DNA of 64,000 nucleotides from Tubiluchus corallicola (lineage: Eukaryota; Animalia; Priapulida): contig JAQGDQ010001042.1 of NCBI GenBank assembly GCA_030141605.1, positions 1 to 64,000 on the forward strand, read 5' to 3'. Shown here in pieces: positions 1 through 40,960 of this stretch; positions within the stretch are counted from its first letter, which is position 1; each line of letters begins with the position of its first letter. A program made the position numbers and the translations under genes. The notes beneath the pieces were generated by a model, which saw only the letters and a list, made by a program, of their open reading frames with translations, was not told the origin of the DNA and ran no database searches.

Positions 1-2
1 GT

Positions 3-485
3 TACGGCGGCGGCTATGGTGGCAGAGGATACGGTTACGGTGGCAGAGGATACGGTTACGGCGGCGGCTATGGTGGCGGCTACGGTACTGGTCCCACCCA
101 TCCTACCTCATACGGAACTGGATACGGATATGGCGGTCCCACTGCCGCATACGGACAAGAGCATGCAAGCGGTTACGGACGAGCTGGTTACGGTTATGGC
201 AGGGACAGGTACGACGCCGGTTACGGTGAGGCTGGTCATGCAGCTGGAGGCTACGGTCAGGCTAGGGAGAACACGCAACGTTCTCGCTCCGTCTACACCC
301 ACGCAGTCCACGAGAACAGCGCCACCAATCGGCAAGCCAGAGGCGGATACGGTGAAGCAGCGTACGGAAGAGCTGGCTATGCCTCCGGAGAGGGAGAAGC
401 CGGATATGGTTATGCTGAGGGCGGTGCTCAGAGGGGCTCCTCATATGGTGTAGAGAATGCTGCTGCAAGAACCGTCTATGAATAA
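3..485 (+). CDS. 3' part of a Gly/Tyr/Ala-rich low-complexity protein (cuticle/eggshell/adhesive-like structural protein); 5' end lies outside the window
   Basis: Frame +3 is open from base 3 to TAA at 483-485: YGGGYGGRGYGYGGRGYGYGGGYGGGYGTGPTHPTSYG...GSSYGVENAAARTVYE*. Gly and Tyr use varied synonymous codons, GC drops sharply after the stop, and AATAAA follows at 527-532. Confidence 0.85.
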   Translation, partial: YGGGYGGRGYGYGGRGYGYGGGYGGGYGTGPTHPTSYGTGYGYGGPTAAYGQEHASGYGRAGYGYGRDRYDAGYGEAGHAAGGYGQARENTQRSRSVYTHAVHENSATNRQARGGYGEAAYGRAGYASGEGEAGYGYAEGGAQRGSSYGVENAAARTVYE

Positions 486-526
486 GCACGAGGAATGTTT
501 GTTGTTGTTGTATTCTTTATTGTTGA

Positions 527-532
527 AATAAA
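527..532 (+). promoter_or_regulatory. Polyadenylation signal of the Gly/Tyr-rich gene
   Basis: AATAAA about 40 nt after the stop, followed by a T-rich tract at about 547-556. Confidence 0.65.
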
Positions 533-948
533 ATTGTACGCATGAGTTTTTTTGTTATAGCATTTAAATTGTCACTCGCATTCAGTTGAAAATTACCCTA
601 CAAAATTTAAATACAAAAAGAGTAATTATTATACATATAATTATGAAGTGCATACATACAAAACAGCTCAAAACAATCAGCTATCAAAACGATGATAATG
701 ATACAGACAAATGAGATGAGACGTATTTAAAAACGCTAATTATCAAGGTTAGGAATCAGTAATGCCCGGAACGCCCGCTTCTGTTCAAATATACATAAAA
801 ATTATCTGTAATTGACTAAAATAACTCCGCATAATTCACACATATTTTAATAATATATCACCTACTTAAAATAAGACATTTGTATGTGCCAAAAGAGCCT
901 TTCCTACTTTTATGTCATCTTTACTTCCCTTTTGCGCATTTTGTAAGC

Positions 949-1094
949 AGAAACAATCATGTTAAGTACCGTTTTGTTTGTAAATATACCAGAGTGAAAT
1001 ATACCAGAGTGAAACATACTAGAGTGAGATATACTAGAGTGAAATATACTAGAGTGAGTAGAAACAATCATGTTAAGTACCGTTTTGTTTGTAA
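949..1094. repeat. 35-bp direct repeat enclosing five 15-bp tandem units
   Basis: agaaacaatcatgttaagtaccgttttgtttgtaa at 949-983 and 1060-1094; aaatatacyagagtg-like unit x5 between them. Confidence 0.85.
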
Positions 1095-2437
1095 GCAGGT
1101 ACGTTTATCATGCGCTAATACGCTACCGTAGCGGTTTTGCTTTGAATCTGTTACCCAAAGAATTTCTGGAAGCCAAACATTGTTTTAATGCGTTACGTCA
1201 CCTCCGGCTTGTTTTCCTATTTTATTTTCTGAACGAAATTTGGAAGTTTACAATACACCTCAGACGGACGACTGAGCTTCGGGTGATGAAGTGACAATGA
1301 TGACGTCAGGCAAATAAAACAGCGTATACATAATTTCGGAAATGCGCTTACTGTTACTAACGATTATTTCCGGTATGAACCCAGGAAGGAGCCATTATAA
1401 TACCTGTACGGAAACAAAGATTCACGGTGATTCTATTCATTAATTCTAAGATATCCATGGCTATAATACATGTGATTAATAGCAAACATAAATAGATAAA
1501 GATATATAGGTAAAGAATAGCAAGTGTTATGTACACACACACGTTTCCCTACCTGTTAAATTTGGTCTTGCCCCTTTAACTGTCATCAATATAACTAACT
1601 AATAATATACTTTTTCTATGTGACCAAATCAAATTTGCTAACAAGATTATGTACCAATTAGTAAATAGTATGTTAATACGTAACGAAACTTAATTCTAAA
1701 ATACATAATTTCTAACGTATAATCGTCTTCACAGAAGTAGATTTACAAACAGCCGGAGAGATTGGCTATCGCAATGCTCCAGAAAAAACACCAGGCAAAA
1801 TGAAGCCATTGTTTATGGCATAACAACAACATTAGTATACGTATAGATCAAATATACATGATTCTGATTGGTACAATTTCCTGCATTTTCCATTGAGAAA
1901 AAACTGTGTAGTCCGTAACAATTGCTCATCTCACGTTGAATCACAAAGCTAACGAAATCAACGGAAATTCCGGGATTTTTCCCAAAGATGAGAGAATCAG
2001 CAGCGCAAACGTGCACTGGAATGCTCAGAAAAGCTTCAACGTGGTCATTTTTAAGCGAAAAACTGCTGAAATTTAAATACAGGTGTTCGGCTTCAAGTCC
2101 AACTTTCCTTGAGCAAATGGCTTCTAACGTAAATTGCATGACGAGATGCTGTGTGTTAATAATGTGACATAAACGACTTTTGACGTCACAAAAAGTTACG
2201 GTCTTGAACATTGTATATAATCCCAGGATGACTTGTATGACTTGGCATTACTGCTCGTCAGTAAGATGCGCAGAAAAGCATCAAACGCGCACACACACAT
2301 TGCTGCTGCCATCTAGTTTCGCTATACAGAACTTTTACGAGTCGTTTATATAACACAGCTCGCTTTATATATATAGGACACTAAATTTCGACTAGTTTCT
2401 TGAGTTGGTGATCGCGACGACGACGAAGAGGCGATGA

Positions 2438-30355
<27,918 letters not shown>

Positions 30356-31263
30356 CTGAAACAAAAGAGACATTTAGACCATTTGTCTCGGCATCAATTG
30401 ACAGTAGTAATACGAAAAGTTGCATGCTACGTGATGTAAAAACCCCTCACCAGATGGGGTACCACTAACCCATCAAGGTCAAAAAGACGTCAAACTGAAC
30501 AACTATTGTCAACTTTTTCACTTTAGTCATGCTAACGCCCAAAGGCAGGCGGGTAACTGACCTATGGCTATCAAAACCCCTATTTTATTTATTTTATTCA
30601 CGCCCAATATTAAGACTATATAAAAACAGCCTAAAATAAAAACAATATTTACAAGAGTGTGGTAAAGACACAAAGAGAGAGGAGGAGGGAGAGAGAGAGG
30701 GAGAGAGAGAGAGAGAAGAGAGAGAAAGAGAGAGAGAAAGAAGAGGAAGAGAGATGAAGAGAGAAAGAAAGGTAAAGAGTTTGATAAAGACACAAAGAGA
30801 TTAACTACTTACACGTGTCTATTATGTACAAGGAATTTATGCAAGTTAACTTTATATAAGCTGCTTTTAAATAACTTAATATTTTGTGCAATTACGAGGG
30901 GTGCACCATCAACATATGCAGGCAATCAGTTCCAAAATTGTTCAACTCGATTTGAGAAACATTGACCAAATGATACTTTAACAGTTCGACCCACGAAAAG
31001 CTTCAGACAAACTGATTTTGCCTCGTTTTATTGCAAGATGCTAGACAAAATAATAAAAACGAACAATAAATAAGAACTGCAGGTTCACCTCGTGAAGATA
31101 CGACAAGCATTTCAAACTCAACAATAGCTTTAAAAGTAACACCCACGTTTAGAAAACCATAAAGTAGTACTTTATTACGCCCGAGTGGGTTGTTTGCCTA
31201 CAATGTAATTGGTTTTTCCTGGACCACCCCCTCGTACGGAGATGTAGTTTCAGTCTAAAACGA

Positions 31264-31553
31264 CTCATTGGCTTAGATTTACGAGTTTTGTTATTGGTCG
31301 AGGAATAACAAGATCAGCTACAGTAAGATTAGCAACAAAACCTGAATGAATAGAAAGTTCACCTGACGCGAGAGGTTGGACAGGGATTTGGGAAACATGC
31401 TCGCAGGGCTCATGGCTCAGATTTACAAGTTTTGTTATTGGCCGAGGAATAATAAGATTAGCTACAGTAAGAATAGCAACAAAACCTGAATGAATAGAAG
31501 GTTCACCTGACGCGAGAGGTCGGACAGGGATTTGGGAAACATGCTCGCAGGGC
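31264..31553. repeat. 144-bp tandem duplication
   Basis: agatttac(g/a)agttttgttattgg at 31275 and 31419. Confidence 0.88.
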
Positions 31554-31993
31554 TGTAAAACGTATATATATAGAGGAAACGCCCTGTGTGGAACTGCATG
31601 AATAAATTTTGAAGGAGGACAATAAGTTGTTAGACTTATGAGATCTTGGAAAAACATTTTGGAAATAAAAATGAAAGCACTACAACAAGTTTATGAATAA
31701 GAAATGCCAGGAATTTTCATAAATTCCTGAACGTCATCCCTTGTTCCCTCTCTCTCCCTCATAATTTTTTGTTGCTCTCCTCTATTTCATGCAAAATTCA
31801 CGTTGGTGATTGTGTTAGTAACGACTGCAGCAAATTCACAAATGATTGTCGATAAAAATTAGCTACGCTTCACCGCGATACAGCACTCCCAGTTTCCCAT
31901 CACTATGGTAACAAAGCGGATGATGTTTAATCACAAGCGTGTATCGCTAACAATGTAGGGAGGAGACGCATGCAAATTCCAGTTACTCAAGTC

Positions 31994-32480
31994 TAGGGAT
32001 GAGAATGACAAATTGCAAAAAAACCGTGAAACAGCCCGGGGTTTTGGCGCCAATGGGGTTGAGGGGCAAAGCCCCCCTTGGAACCAGCGACAAATTGCAA
32101 TTTTGTGACCACAGAGAGCCTCTAAGTGGACTTAAATATGAATTACCTTGTTTCATGCATAATTTAAAATATCCAACCATCAAGGATACATGATACCTAA
32201 TTGTCTCAAAAACGCCTAAGTACTGGCCGCTCCTATGCAAAAGTATAAAAAAACTGTCTGCAATTGACTCAAATAACTCTGCACAATTGATTCTATATTT
32301 TTATACATAGAGATACACACGTGGTTACACTGATGTACGTGACGTAAACAAAGTGACGGCCTGCCAACTAGCTGTCAGCTTGTGAAATACTGTACTGGGT
32401 CCGTAAAAATTTTCTCAACGAATTTACGCGATTTACAAAAATGGCACTACTGGTCTTCCAAAAACTCGGAATTCCGCGTA
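31994..32480 (+). mobile_element. hAT-type MITE family A copy 7 (right TIR lost)
   Basis: Family A body. Confidence 0.85.
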
Positions 32481-32707
32481 GCATGCAAATGTATAGAGAT
32501 AGTCTTCTTGCATTGAGAATTCGAGGAACTTATCTTGTCGTATGACCTATTAAGCGCAATCATCTTTTAAAGATGGCGCCACTTTCTACGTGTATTTCGA
32601 TCACCATCATCGCAGATTGCAAAACGATATTGCAGTTCGTTAAGACGACTTCTGTTTTTTTCAAAAATTCGTCATTTTCTACTGAATTTCTACTTGTGGT
32701 CAGGCTT

Positions 32708-33318
32708 TTAAAGTAAAACCGGATCCAAGGTTAAACTGTAGGTTAAAACAATCTACTCTTTAAAATATAGAAAGGAAACGTACTAGTTTTTCAAAAATGA
32801 CTTAAGTGAAAGAATTATTACAACACAAATACAACTTGACGTTCGCGCCACTAGTTCTTTGCTGTTACATGCATTTCACTATTCGCTAGTTAGATGGGCA
32901 CTAGCGCCTGCATTTCGGAAGTGCTTTACACAAAAACAGGTGCAGTACCTCTCAGTTCAGATGTGTTAGTTTGTGACGAATTACACACGTTGGACAGCTC
33001 ATGCGTGAGCACAACGGTAAAGTTGAAATTTTGACGTAAAACATGCCTAGTTTTAGTACAACACACTGAATATATTACAGAAGCACTGTACCTCAATTTT
33101 TCTTTCGTAAACACATGCAATACGCTCGTGGAATACCGTTACAGTTGAAAATTATGTTAGTTTCTGATGTCGTCAATAGTTGGGCTCGCCTGCTGTTAAT
33201 TACGTTTTTAACCTATTATTTAATAACCAAAACCGATCTGGAAATATTATATGCCACAACATGTTTACTTGTTACCATACTGGGGTAGCATATGAAAAAT
33301 CATACTCTTTTCCTTTAA
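32708..33318 (+). mobile_element. Kolobok-like element family E
   Basis: TTAA|AG...CCT|TTAA ends; similar to the 16114 element and shares gttagtttctga motifs with family D. Confidence 0.6.
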
Positions 33319-33901
33319 TCCACCCAGTGACTGGTTAATGACCACCTGAACTGCAATGACGTTTAAATTATAATAATCTGATGTAGCTACCTGTCAAATT
33401 GTAAATAAAATGTTTAAATCTGCCCATTTTCAGTGCGGAGGGCCGCATGCTGTGCAGTCAGAAGCACTTTAATAAGAGTTATGTGTAGATCCATTCTCAA
33501 ACCAGCAGCTAAATGAATGAGGAAGCCAAGTAGATAGATGTTAATCTACACAGGGGGTTTCTCTTTCCTTCACTAATTTCCATACCTTGTTATTCGCACG
33601 TTATTCTGGTCACGCAAACGCTACACACGAAAGAAAATCGATGACCAGACGTGTTGGCGATTCAACGCTTTCGTACTTTCAGCTAGCATGAAAGCCTAGA
33701 ACCTCCCGAAAAACGTTACAAGAGTAAGTCTAAAGGGCGAACACATTTGTGGCGAATACAAAGCAAAGCTGTAGGCTGCAGAGTTGATTGTACAGGGCTT
33801 CTGAATTGTCAACTAATATGAAGCCATGGAGGTGCGCATGCGCAAGTCGGAAAAACAATTCAATTCAAAAGGTTTATTCATCTCTAATATAATATTTATA
33901 G

Positions 33902-34387
33902 CAGGGGTGTGCAAACTGCGGCCCGTCGAGAGAATTTGTGGGGCCCCCAAAAGAGATTTGTCAACCTAATGAAAGTGCGGCCCGGGTGATTAATTGAGTG
34001 TATCCAGCTGAAGTCCGTGCCACGATCCCAAAGATAGTGCGGGTAGTTAGTTTTTCTACTAGATCGGATGCCATTAACCCTTACAAGACGGTTGTAGCTT
34101 AATGTCACTGTACTACACAGACTGTGTGATAAACATTACTAATGTGCATTGTAATGAAATTACCACTATCTGTTCTGAAAGTAGAAATGTATGGTTTGTA
34201 ATATAAATTTTAATAACTTCTAAAATACTTTCTTGAGTGTAGTAGTAATGATGTACGCAGGTCGGATGCAAAAAAATCGTTATTAGGCCTTTCTGTACTT
34301 GGCTCCTTGATCAAACTGCCTGTGGCCCGCAGGAATTGTGGGAAAGTTTAATGTGGCCCGGCTAGTCAGATAATTTGCACACCCCTG
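33902..34387 (+). mobile_element. hAT MITE family B copy 3
   Basis: TSD atttatag/atttataa. Confidence 0.9.
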
Positions 34388-35037
34388 ATTTATAACGCAA
34401 ATACAACAAATTATGTAAAGTATGTAGAGATGGGGTGCCGAAAGACCAGGAGGTCATCGAGTCAGCCACCCCTATATTATAAAGCACGGCAGACTACATG
34501 GTTAAGTGAATAAATACGTGGTTAGATCTTAAGTGTAGCAAATAAACAAGATGCAAAGCAGTTATATTATAATTATACCAATGAAAAACAGCAAGCAAAT
34601 AATGCAATTAAAAATTAAACCAACAACTGAACAAGTCATGAATGCAACAACAAAAAAAGCAAGCAATGTGGTTAAATCATAAATTCAGAAAACAGTACCT
34701 AGAACAGAAGAGTGAAAGAATAGATAGAAGATCTAACTTCAATTCAAAACCGGTGTTGACTATTCAACGCTTCCGTACAATCAAGCTGCCTCAATTTGTA
34801 TGGAAGCGCAAAACGACCATCGAGAAACACGTTCTGCTACTTTTCTCGTCTTTGTGTCCGTTCGTTAAGTGGATACACGAGTTTTTTGGCGACAAGATTT
34901 TCCACTAAGGCAGAACAAAAGGGCAGCCAATAGCACGAGAGATAAGCCAGGAGAGATAAAAGCAAGGCTCCCTTTAAGAGGATTATGAATGAGCGAAGGT
35001 TCTGACGAACTGTTACACATCTCATTTCAATTATTTG

Positions 35038-35437
35038 CAGGGATGAGGATGACAAATTGCAAGAAACTCTGGTTTTTTTGGGGTTTGTGGGCCACGTAGG
35101 CAGCAACAAATTGCAATTTTGTGACCATAGAGAGCCTCTAAGTGGACTTAAAATATCAATTACCTTGTTTCATGCATAACTTAAAATACCCAACTATCAA
35201 GGATACATGATACCTAATTGTCTCAAAAACGCCTAAGTACTGGCCGCTCCTATGCAAAAGTATATAAAAACTGTCTGCAATTGACTCAAACAACTCCGCA
35301 CAATTGATTCTATATTTTTATACATAGAGATATACACATGGTTACACTGATGTACGTGATGTAAACAAAGTGACGGCCTGCCACCTAGCGGTCAGCTTGT
35401 GAAATAATGTACTGGGTCCGTAAAAATTTTCTCAACG
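35038..35437 (+). mobile_element. hAT-type MITE family A copy 8 (3'-truncated)
   Basis: Family A body. Confidence 0.85.
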
Positions 35438-35639
35438 ATTGTAAAATTATACGGCAACGATTCGAGCCGTTCCAGCTGCTTTCACCTTCATTTGGCAAGG
35501 ACTCAACTAGAGTCATTAAATTACTGCGCCACCTGCCGGCAAAACACACGAAACATTTGAGAAGCGTGCTATTTTGAGCAGCAGCTGACGCACGTCTCAC
35601 GGCAAATCATCGGGTGAAATTCTATTTCATAACAAATTT

Positions 35640-35945
35640 GTAAATTTGCATGCCGCCCCCGGCAGCAGCAGCAACTATGCAAATTATGCGCTGATCAATG
35701 AAACGTGAGAAGAAAATGATGCTGATGGCGGAATGGAGAGACAAACCGGAACCGGAAGTACCAGAGGCATTCCAGTTTAGCACCACACTGGTGAAAACTG
35801 TACCGCCACCCACTGCATGCCGACTGTCTAATGTCCAGTCGCAATTTTTTCACGACCACCCACATGTCGACCAATGCTTGATTGAAGCCCTCGCGCGCGA
35901 GCATTCTGTCACGTGACCAACATGGCGCGTAAGGCTTGCGGTTGT
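35640..35945. promoter_or_regulatory. CpG-rich promoter/enhancer-like motif cluster
   Basis: Octamers at 35644 and 35677, ETS ACCGGAAGT at 35751, palindromic GTCACGTGAC at 35908, YY1-like AACATGGCG at 35919; sequence not repeated elsewhere in the window. Confidence 0.35.
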
Positions 35946-36438
35946 AGGGAAAGCAGGCAGGAGCTTAGCAGTAATCCCCACACAAATTCTATTTCACTGA
36001 TGTAGCGAAAGTCAAACGCTCAGCATCAGTGACCTGGTATCCTGGAATTAAGACAAACAAGAATTTCACAGCGTCAATGAGAGAAGCCAAATGAACGTGA
36101 AGAATGAAAACCGCTTTACAATGAAAACAATCAGCGAACTTGGCTTCACGGAAAAAGTAATCAGACGAGCTTCCATTCACAATGAAAGATAGTCAAATGG
36201 AATTGGCTTCAAGGGGAAAATGACCAAATGTCCTCCTTTGGAAAAACCGCAATCAAAGGGTTCGTGCATGGAAACGAAAACAGCTAAATGTACCTGGCTT
36301 CAGGAGGAATAACTAGGGCTTCACCTCAAATAAGTAAAAACCTTCAACTCGCTAAACCACGTAACTAATTGCTATACGTAACATATTAGCTTAAGTACAA
36401 TGACACTTACGGAACAAAGCAATTTTAATTCGTAATCA

Positions 36439-36920
36439 CCGTGTAGCCCTGTTCTTCCTCTTTCTAAAGAGCTATATATCTCCTTCCGAGAGTCCCACCA
36501 GGCGCCGCTAGAACGTTTTTTAGGCAGGCTATTTGGTCAAAATTTCGAAAAAATCGCGAGTTGTGTCCGGGAAAACGTCCGTTACGGGACGTCGTGGCCC
36601 TCTCGCAAATTCTAAATTTGCCCATGACACCCATCGCTGAACAGGCTATCTATCCATGGCCGGCACCACCCTCAGCCCGTTCCCGTTCTCCAGATCTCAG
36701 GCGTATAACTTTTGCAAAAAACGGCCGAAAAATGCCCATTTTTGGAGGTTTTTCACCCCCTGCTCCTCTCGGTAGGCCCGATTCGAAAAATAAACCCCCA
36801 ATGGCACGACACTAGATCGAGATCTTTCGTTTGATGTATAGATCACCGCAAATGGTACCGTCGTCGGAGCTGTAGCCTCGAATCTTATATATATATATAT
36901 ATATATATAAATATATATAC
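36439..36920 (+). mobile_element. Interspersed repeat ending in (TA)n, possibly a Helentron/DINE-like non-autonomous element
   Basis: Inverted second copy at 42137-42585; no TIR or TSD seen; class tentative. Confidence 0.6.
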
Positions 36921-36958
36921 CAGCAGAATTAATATATACGATTATTGACAAGAATTAA

Positions 36959-37703
36959 GACAATTGATGAAAACTGTGATGTTGATTAGGAACTTGTAAA
37001 AGAGGGAAAAGAAGTTGCAGCATCAGTTAGAAAGGGAAACATGCGTCCCAAAGAGTCCAATGGGTCAGACAATTGATGAAAACTGTCATGTTGATTAGGA
37101 ACTTGCAAAAGACGGAAAAGCAACTGCAGCATCAGTTAGAAAGGGAAACACGCGTCCCAAAGAGTCCAATGGGTCAGACAGTTGATGAAAACTGTGATGT
37201 TGATTAGGAACTTGCAAAAGACGAAAAAGCAACTGCAGCATCAGTTAGAAAGGGAAACACGCGTCCCAAAGAGTCCAATGGGTCAGACAGTTGATGAAAA
37301 CTGTCATGTTGATTAGGAACTTGCAAAAGAGGGAAAATCAACTGCAGCATCAGTTAGAAAGGGAAACATGCGGCCCCAAAGAGTCCAATGGATCAGACAA
37401 TTGATGAAAACTGTCATGTTGATTAGTAACTTGCAAAAGAGGGAAAAGCAACTGCAGCATCAGTTAGAAAGGGAAACACGCGTCCCAAAGAGTCCAATGG
37501 GTCAGACAATTGATGAAAACTGTCATGTTGATTAGGAACTTGCAAAAGAGGGAAAATCAACTGCAGCATCAGTTAGAAAGGGAAACAAGAGTCCAATGGG
37601 TCAGACAGTAGATGAAAACTGTGATGTTGAATAGGAACTTGCAAAAGAGGGAAAATCAACTGCAGCATCAGTTAGAAAAGGAAACAAAGAGTCCAATGGG
37701 TCA
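36959..37703. repeat. 109-bp tandem repeat, about 7 copies
   Basis: gacaattgatgaaaactgt at 36959, 37068, 37177 and onward. Confidence 0.93.
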
Positions 37704-38089
37704 CATTCAAGCATTCAAACACAGTTAACCTTCATGGGAAAAGAGAGATTTTATTTATGGCGTTTAATTAACAGAAACACGTCAGACATTTGAGTTCACA
37801 CAACCAACAGATGTGAACACGTCGCTAACACGTGCACAGCTCATTCTGTAAATATTTCAGAAAAAAAAAGATTTCCATCTGAACTCGAGAACTTGGTAAT
37901 GAAGAACACAGTGCGCCGCAAAATTTACAAACTTGATTCATTTGAATGAATTTGAAAGCTGAGTCAGCCATCGTAAATACGTAATGTATGTTACCCCGAT
38001 GAAATATATGGGAAAATTAGGAGCAAAAAAGATGCATCAACATTCAGTTGGCAAAAGAACCTTTTATGCTCGCCGTGTGAACTAATAAT

Positions 38090-38652
38090 TAGTTTAAACA
38101 TAATTTATTTAGGATTAGATCAGACAGTTTGTACAACATGATTTAGGATACTCACCACAACAGACTTTATACACTATTTACAAGAACATTTACAGTAAGA
38201 ATAGACTATACTTAGTTTTTAGTATACTAAAGTTTTACTACACTGATACATTAGACATTAGTAGAAAATGACGGTTAGTAAATATTAATGTACGATTATT
38301 TAAGAATGATGCATTTTATATCAGATAGAAACTACTGGAAGAGTTTAGTACGTAATATAAAGTCATGTATACATTGGAATATTTTACAGTTAGTAACATA
38401 GTTAAATTCATCTTTTCCGAATAATAACAACTTCAACAGATGATTATTTCCTAAGGCAGCTATATTCAAGTTTTCGGGCAGAAGTATTTCATTTAATTTA
38501 TCAAACATAACCCTAGCTAGTTGATACAATGGGCAGTGCAACAAAAAGTGTTCAACAGACTCAAATCAGAACTAATAATTATAAGTATCAACTGTGGGGC
38601 AATGGATTTAATTTCATACCTCAACTTCATACTGTGGGGTATGAAGTTGAGG
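38090..38652 (-). mobile_element. LINE ORF2 C-terminus and 3' UTR, interrupted by a pogo-type element
   Basis: HFLLHCPLY...LLFG...NCKIFQCIHDFILRTKLF is typical of CR1/RTEX-group C-termini. Confidence 0.7.
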
Positions 38653-39070
38653 TACCGTATTTTCCAGTGTATAAGAGACCCTTTTTTGCTCAGAATTTTC
38701 ACTTTAAAAATAGGGGGTCTCTTATACATGGGAGTAAGTCTTTTCAATAAGATGGGTCCTCAAGGCATGGAATGGTGTAAAGCCAGAGGTCATTATTAAA
38801 TCTTTCAAGAAGTGTGGCATCTCCAATGCCATGGACGGCACAGAGCACAATGCCATTTTTGAGCACAGTGACTCCTCTGATGATGAACTGGCTGGAATTG
38901 CTGAAGGTCTGACTCCAGTTGATATTTTTGATGAGAGTGATGAGGAATTTAATGATTTCTATGATGAATAAAGTTATTCATTACCGAAAAACTTTTTTCC
39001 AGAATTTTTGCCTAAAAATTGAAGAGGTCTCTTATACACAAGGGTCTCTTATACATGGGAAAATACGGTA
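38653..39070 (+). mobile_element. Internally deleted pogo/Tigger-like DNA transposon
   Basis: TA|CCGTATTTTCC...GGAAAATACGG|TA; retains IIKSFKKCGISNAMDGTE and an acidic transposase tail. Confidence 0.88.
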
Positions 39071-40529
39071 ATTTAGCTAGAGAAGTGTCGAATCACAATC
39101 AGACGCTACTTGTTTTAGCGTTACACTCACTACTATCCCGGTTTTCGGGACAAAAGTGGGGAGACGTCGGTCCTAATTTGCCGATTGTATGTATTTATTG
39201 ATAATAAGCTAATACAGAAGGCGTATTCATCCAAAACGAGTTCTATTCATACAGGTTAGAAGCCAGTTGGTGCAGCCTAATGCACAAATGAAACAACTAG
39301 TTAAGACTAGAAGCAAATAACTACAATCACAGAAGCAGTCACTCTGACTGCAAGAGGTGTGGCCCACAGTCACTCTGACTGCAAGAGGTGTGGCCCTACT
39401 CAGCAGGTCGTCGGGAAGCATGAAAACGATGGAAAGCTCTTAGACACGCGCGCGTGTAGCGTCCCCTGGCGACATGCACGCTAGGGTGCGCTGCAAATCG
39501 CGACAATACCATTACCAATAACAGTTCCATGACACTAGCGAGAAGGATAAAGGATCCCCACAAGCAAAATGGTGAGATGCTTATGGGACGCATCAAATCA
39601 AGCAAAATGGTGAGATGCTTATGGGATGCATCAAAGCAAGCAAAGTAAGTGATAAATAGGAGCAAAACCTGCATGCAGGATTCTGCATAATTAAGCGCAA
39701 CTAGACGATGTTATACCATCAATTATTGATGCTTCTGTGACAGATATTCGTGAGTGTGTATGTTTATTGATCATCTAAGTAAAGAGAAGATATCTACCGT
39801 CCATTGGCGACAGGTATTAGGTGTATTTATCGTGTATAGAGACTAGAGACACAGTGTGTATGACTAAGCACTTTAAAGCACAAGAAAACCCTTCATAAAC
39901 ATGAAGCTTGAAAAATTCGTTTCGGAATTTTATATCACTTACGTACTGCTTTTTTCCGTGAAGGACTTCAATCGACAGTCACGCTGTATAAAACATGTAA
40001 ATTTAAACTCCCGCGAGGACCGGATAAGTCATATTTGATGATAAGTCATTTGAAACAAGTTTACATAACATTTTGTAAAGTTTGAAAAAATAATCAGAGC
40101 ATTCGTAGCGCACAAGTCACTAACTAAATAAAATTTAAAATTACTGTATCTTGTCAATAAGATTAAAAATACGTTTTTTGGTTAGTGAGTGGTGCCCCCT
40201 GGAGGGTGAGTCAGCGACATTTTACCAATTCGTGAAAACATTTTAAATAATTAATAATTTTCTTTTCTAGTTACACAAGTCTTTCTAGTAGGTAAGCGAA
40301 AATCCAAGTAACATAGATTTGCACGGAAAGTCTTTTGAGGCATAATTTAACATTGCTTTCTCTTCCCTTCATTTACGTTTGTTACATGACGTCATGTAAT
40401 GGCGACTTCGGAACAGACTTCAGCAAATAATGTGGTATCAATGATGCCATCTTCAACTACTTTCCACAGAAACGAATGAATCCAGATAACAGAAATCAGA
40501 AACTGGGAACAGCCCAAACATTTGCTGTA

Positions 40530-40960
40530 CAGTGATTTGCAAAAGTTTAAGACCAAGCTCGAGTTTTCGGGTTTTTCATCATACTGTACCCTGATTGCAT
40601 CAGATTCTTTGTTGATTGCATCATACTGCTAGTGGTCAGACAGGCAGCCATCAAGTGCTGAAGACTTGTGAAGAGTTATCAAGGACGTTTGGGTTAAAGA
40701 AATTACTTCCGAGTACTGCCAAAACCTAATTTCCAGTATGCCTCTTAGAATGAAGGCAGTGATTGACAACTTCGGCGGCCATACAAAGTACTAAAATGCT
40801 CAAGGACTGCAACTATTTTTGGATAAAAACATACAAACTATGCTGTAGTATATTTTTCTAGAAGAATAAATGAATAGTTTTTAGATGGAACCGTGTTAAA
40901 CGATGGTTTTGTCAATTTTCATGAAAAATCACTTTGGTCTTAAACATTTCCAAATGACTG
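40530..40960 (+). mobile_element. Internally deleted Tc1 element with both TIRs and the transposase C-terminus
   Basis: CAGTGATTTGCAAAAGTTTAAGACCAA...TTGGTCTTAAACATTTCCAAATGACTG; encodes ...NLISSMPLRMKAVIDNFGGHTKY* with an upstream stop. Confidence 0.88.

Noticed and set aside
16-453. ORF-track 145-aa frame +1 protein (MVAEDTVTV...)
   Set aside because: Shadow frame of the Gly/Tyr-rich CDS in frame +3, which has the coherent composition, stop and poly(A) signal.
39130-39720. Possible second solo LTR with internal short duplications
   Set aside because: I could not identify TG...CA termini with a matching target-site duplication.
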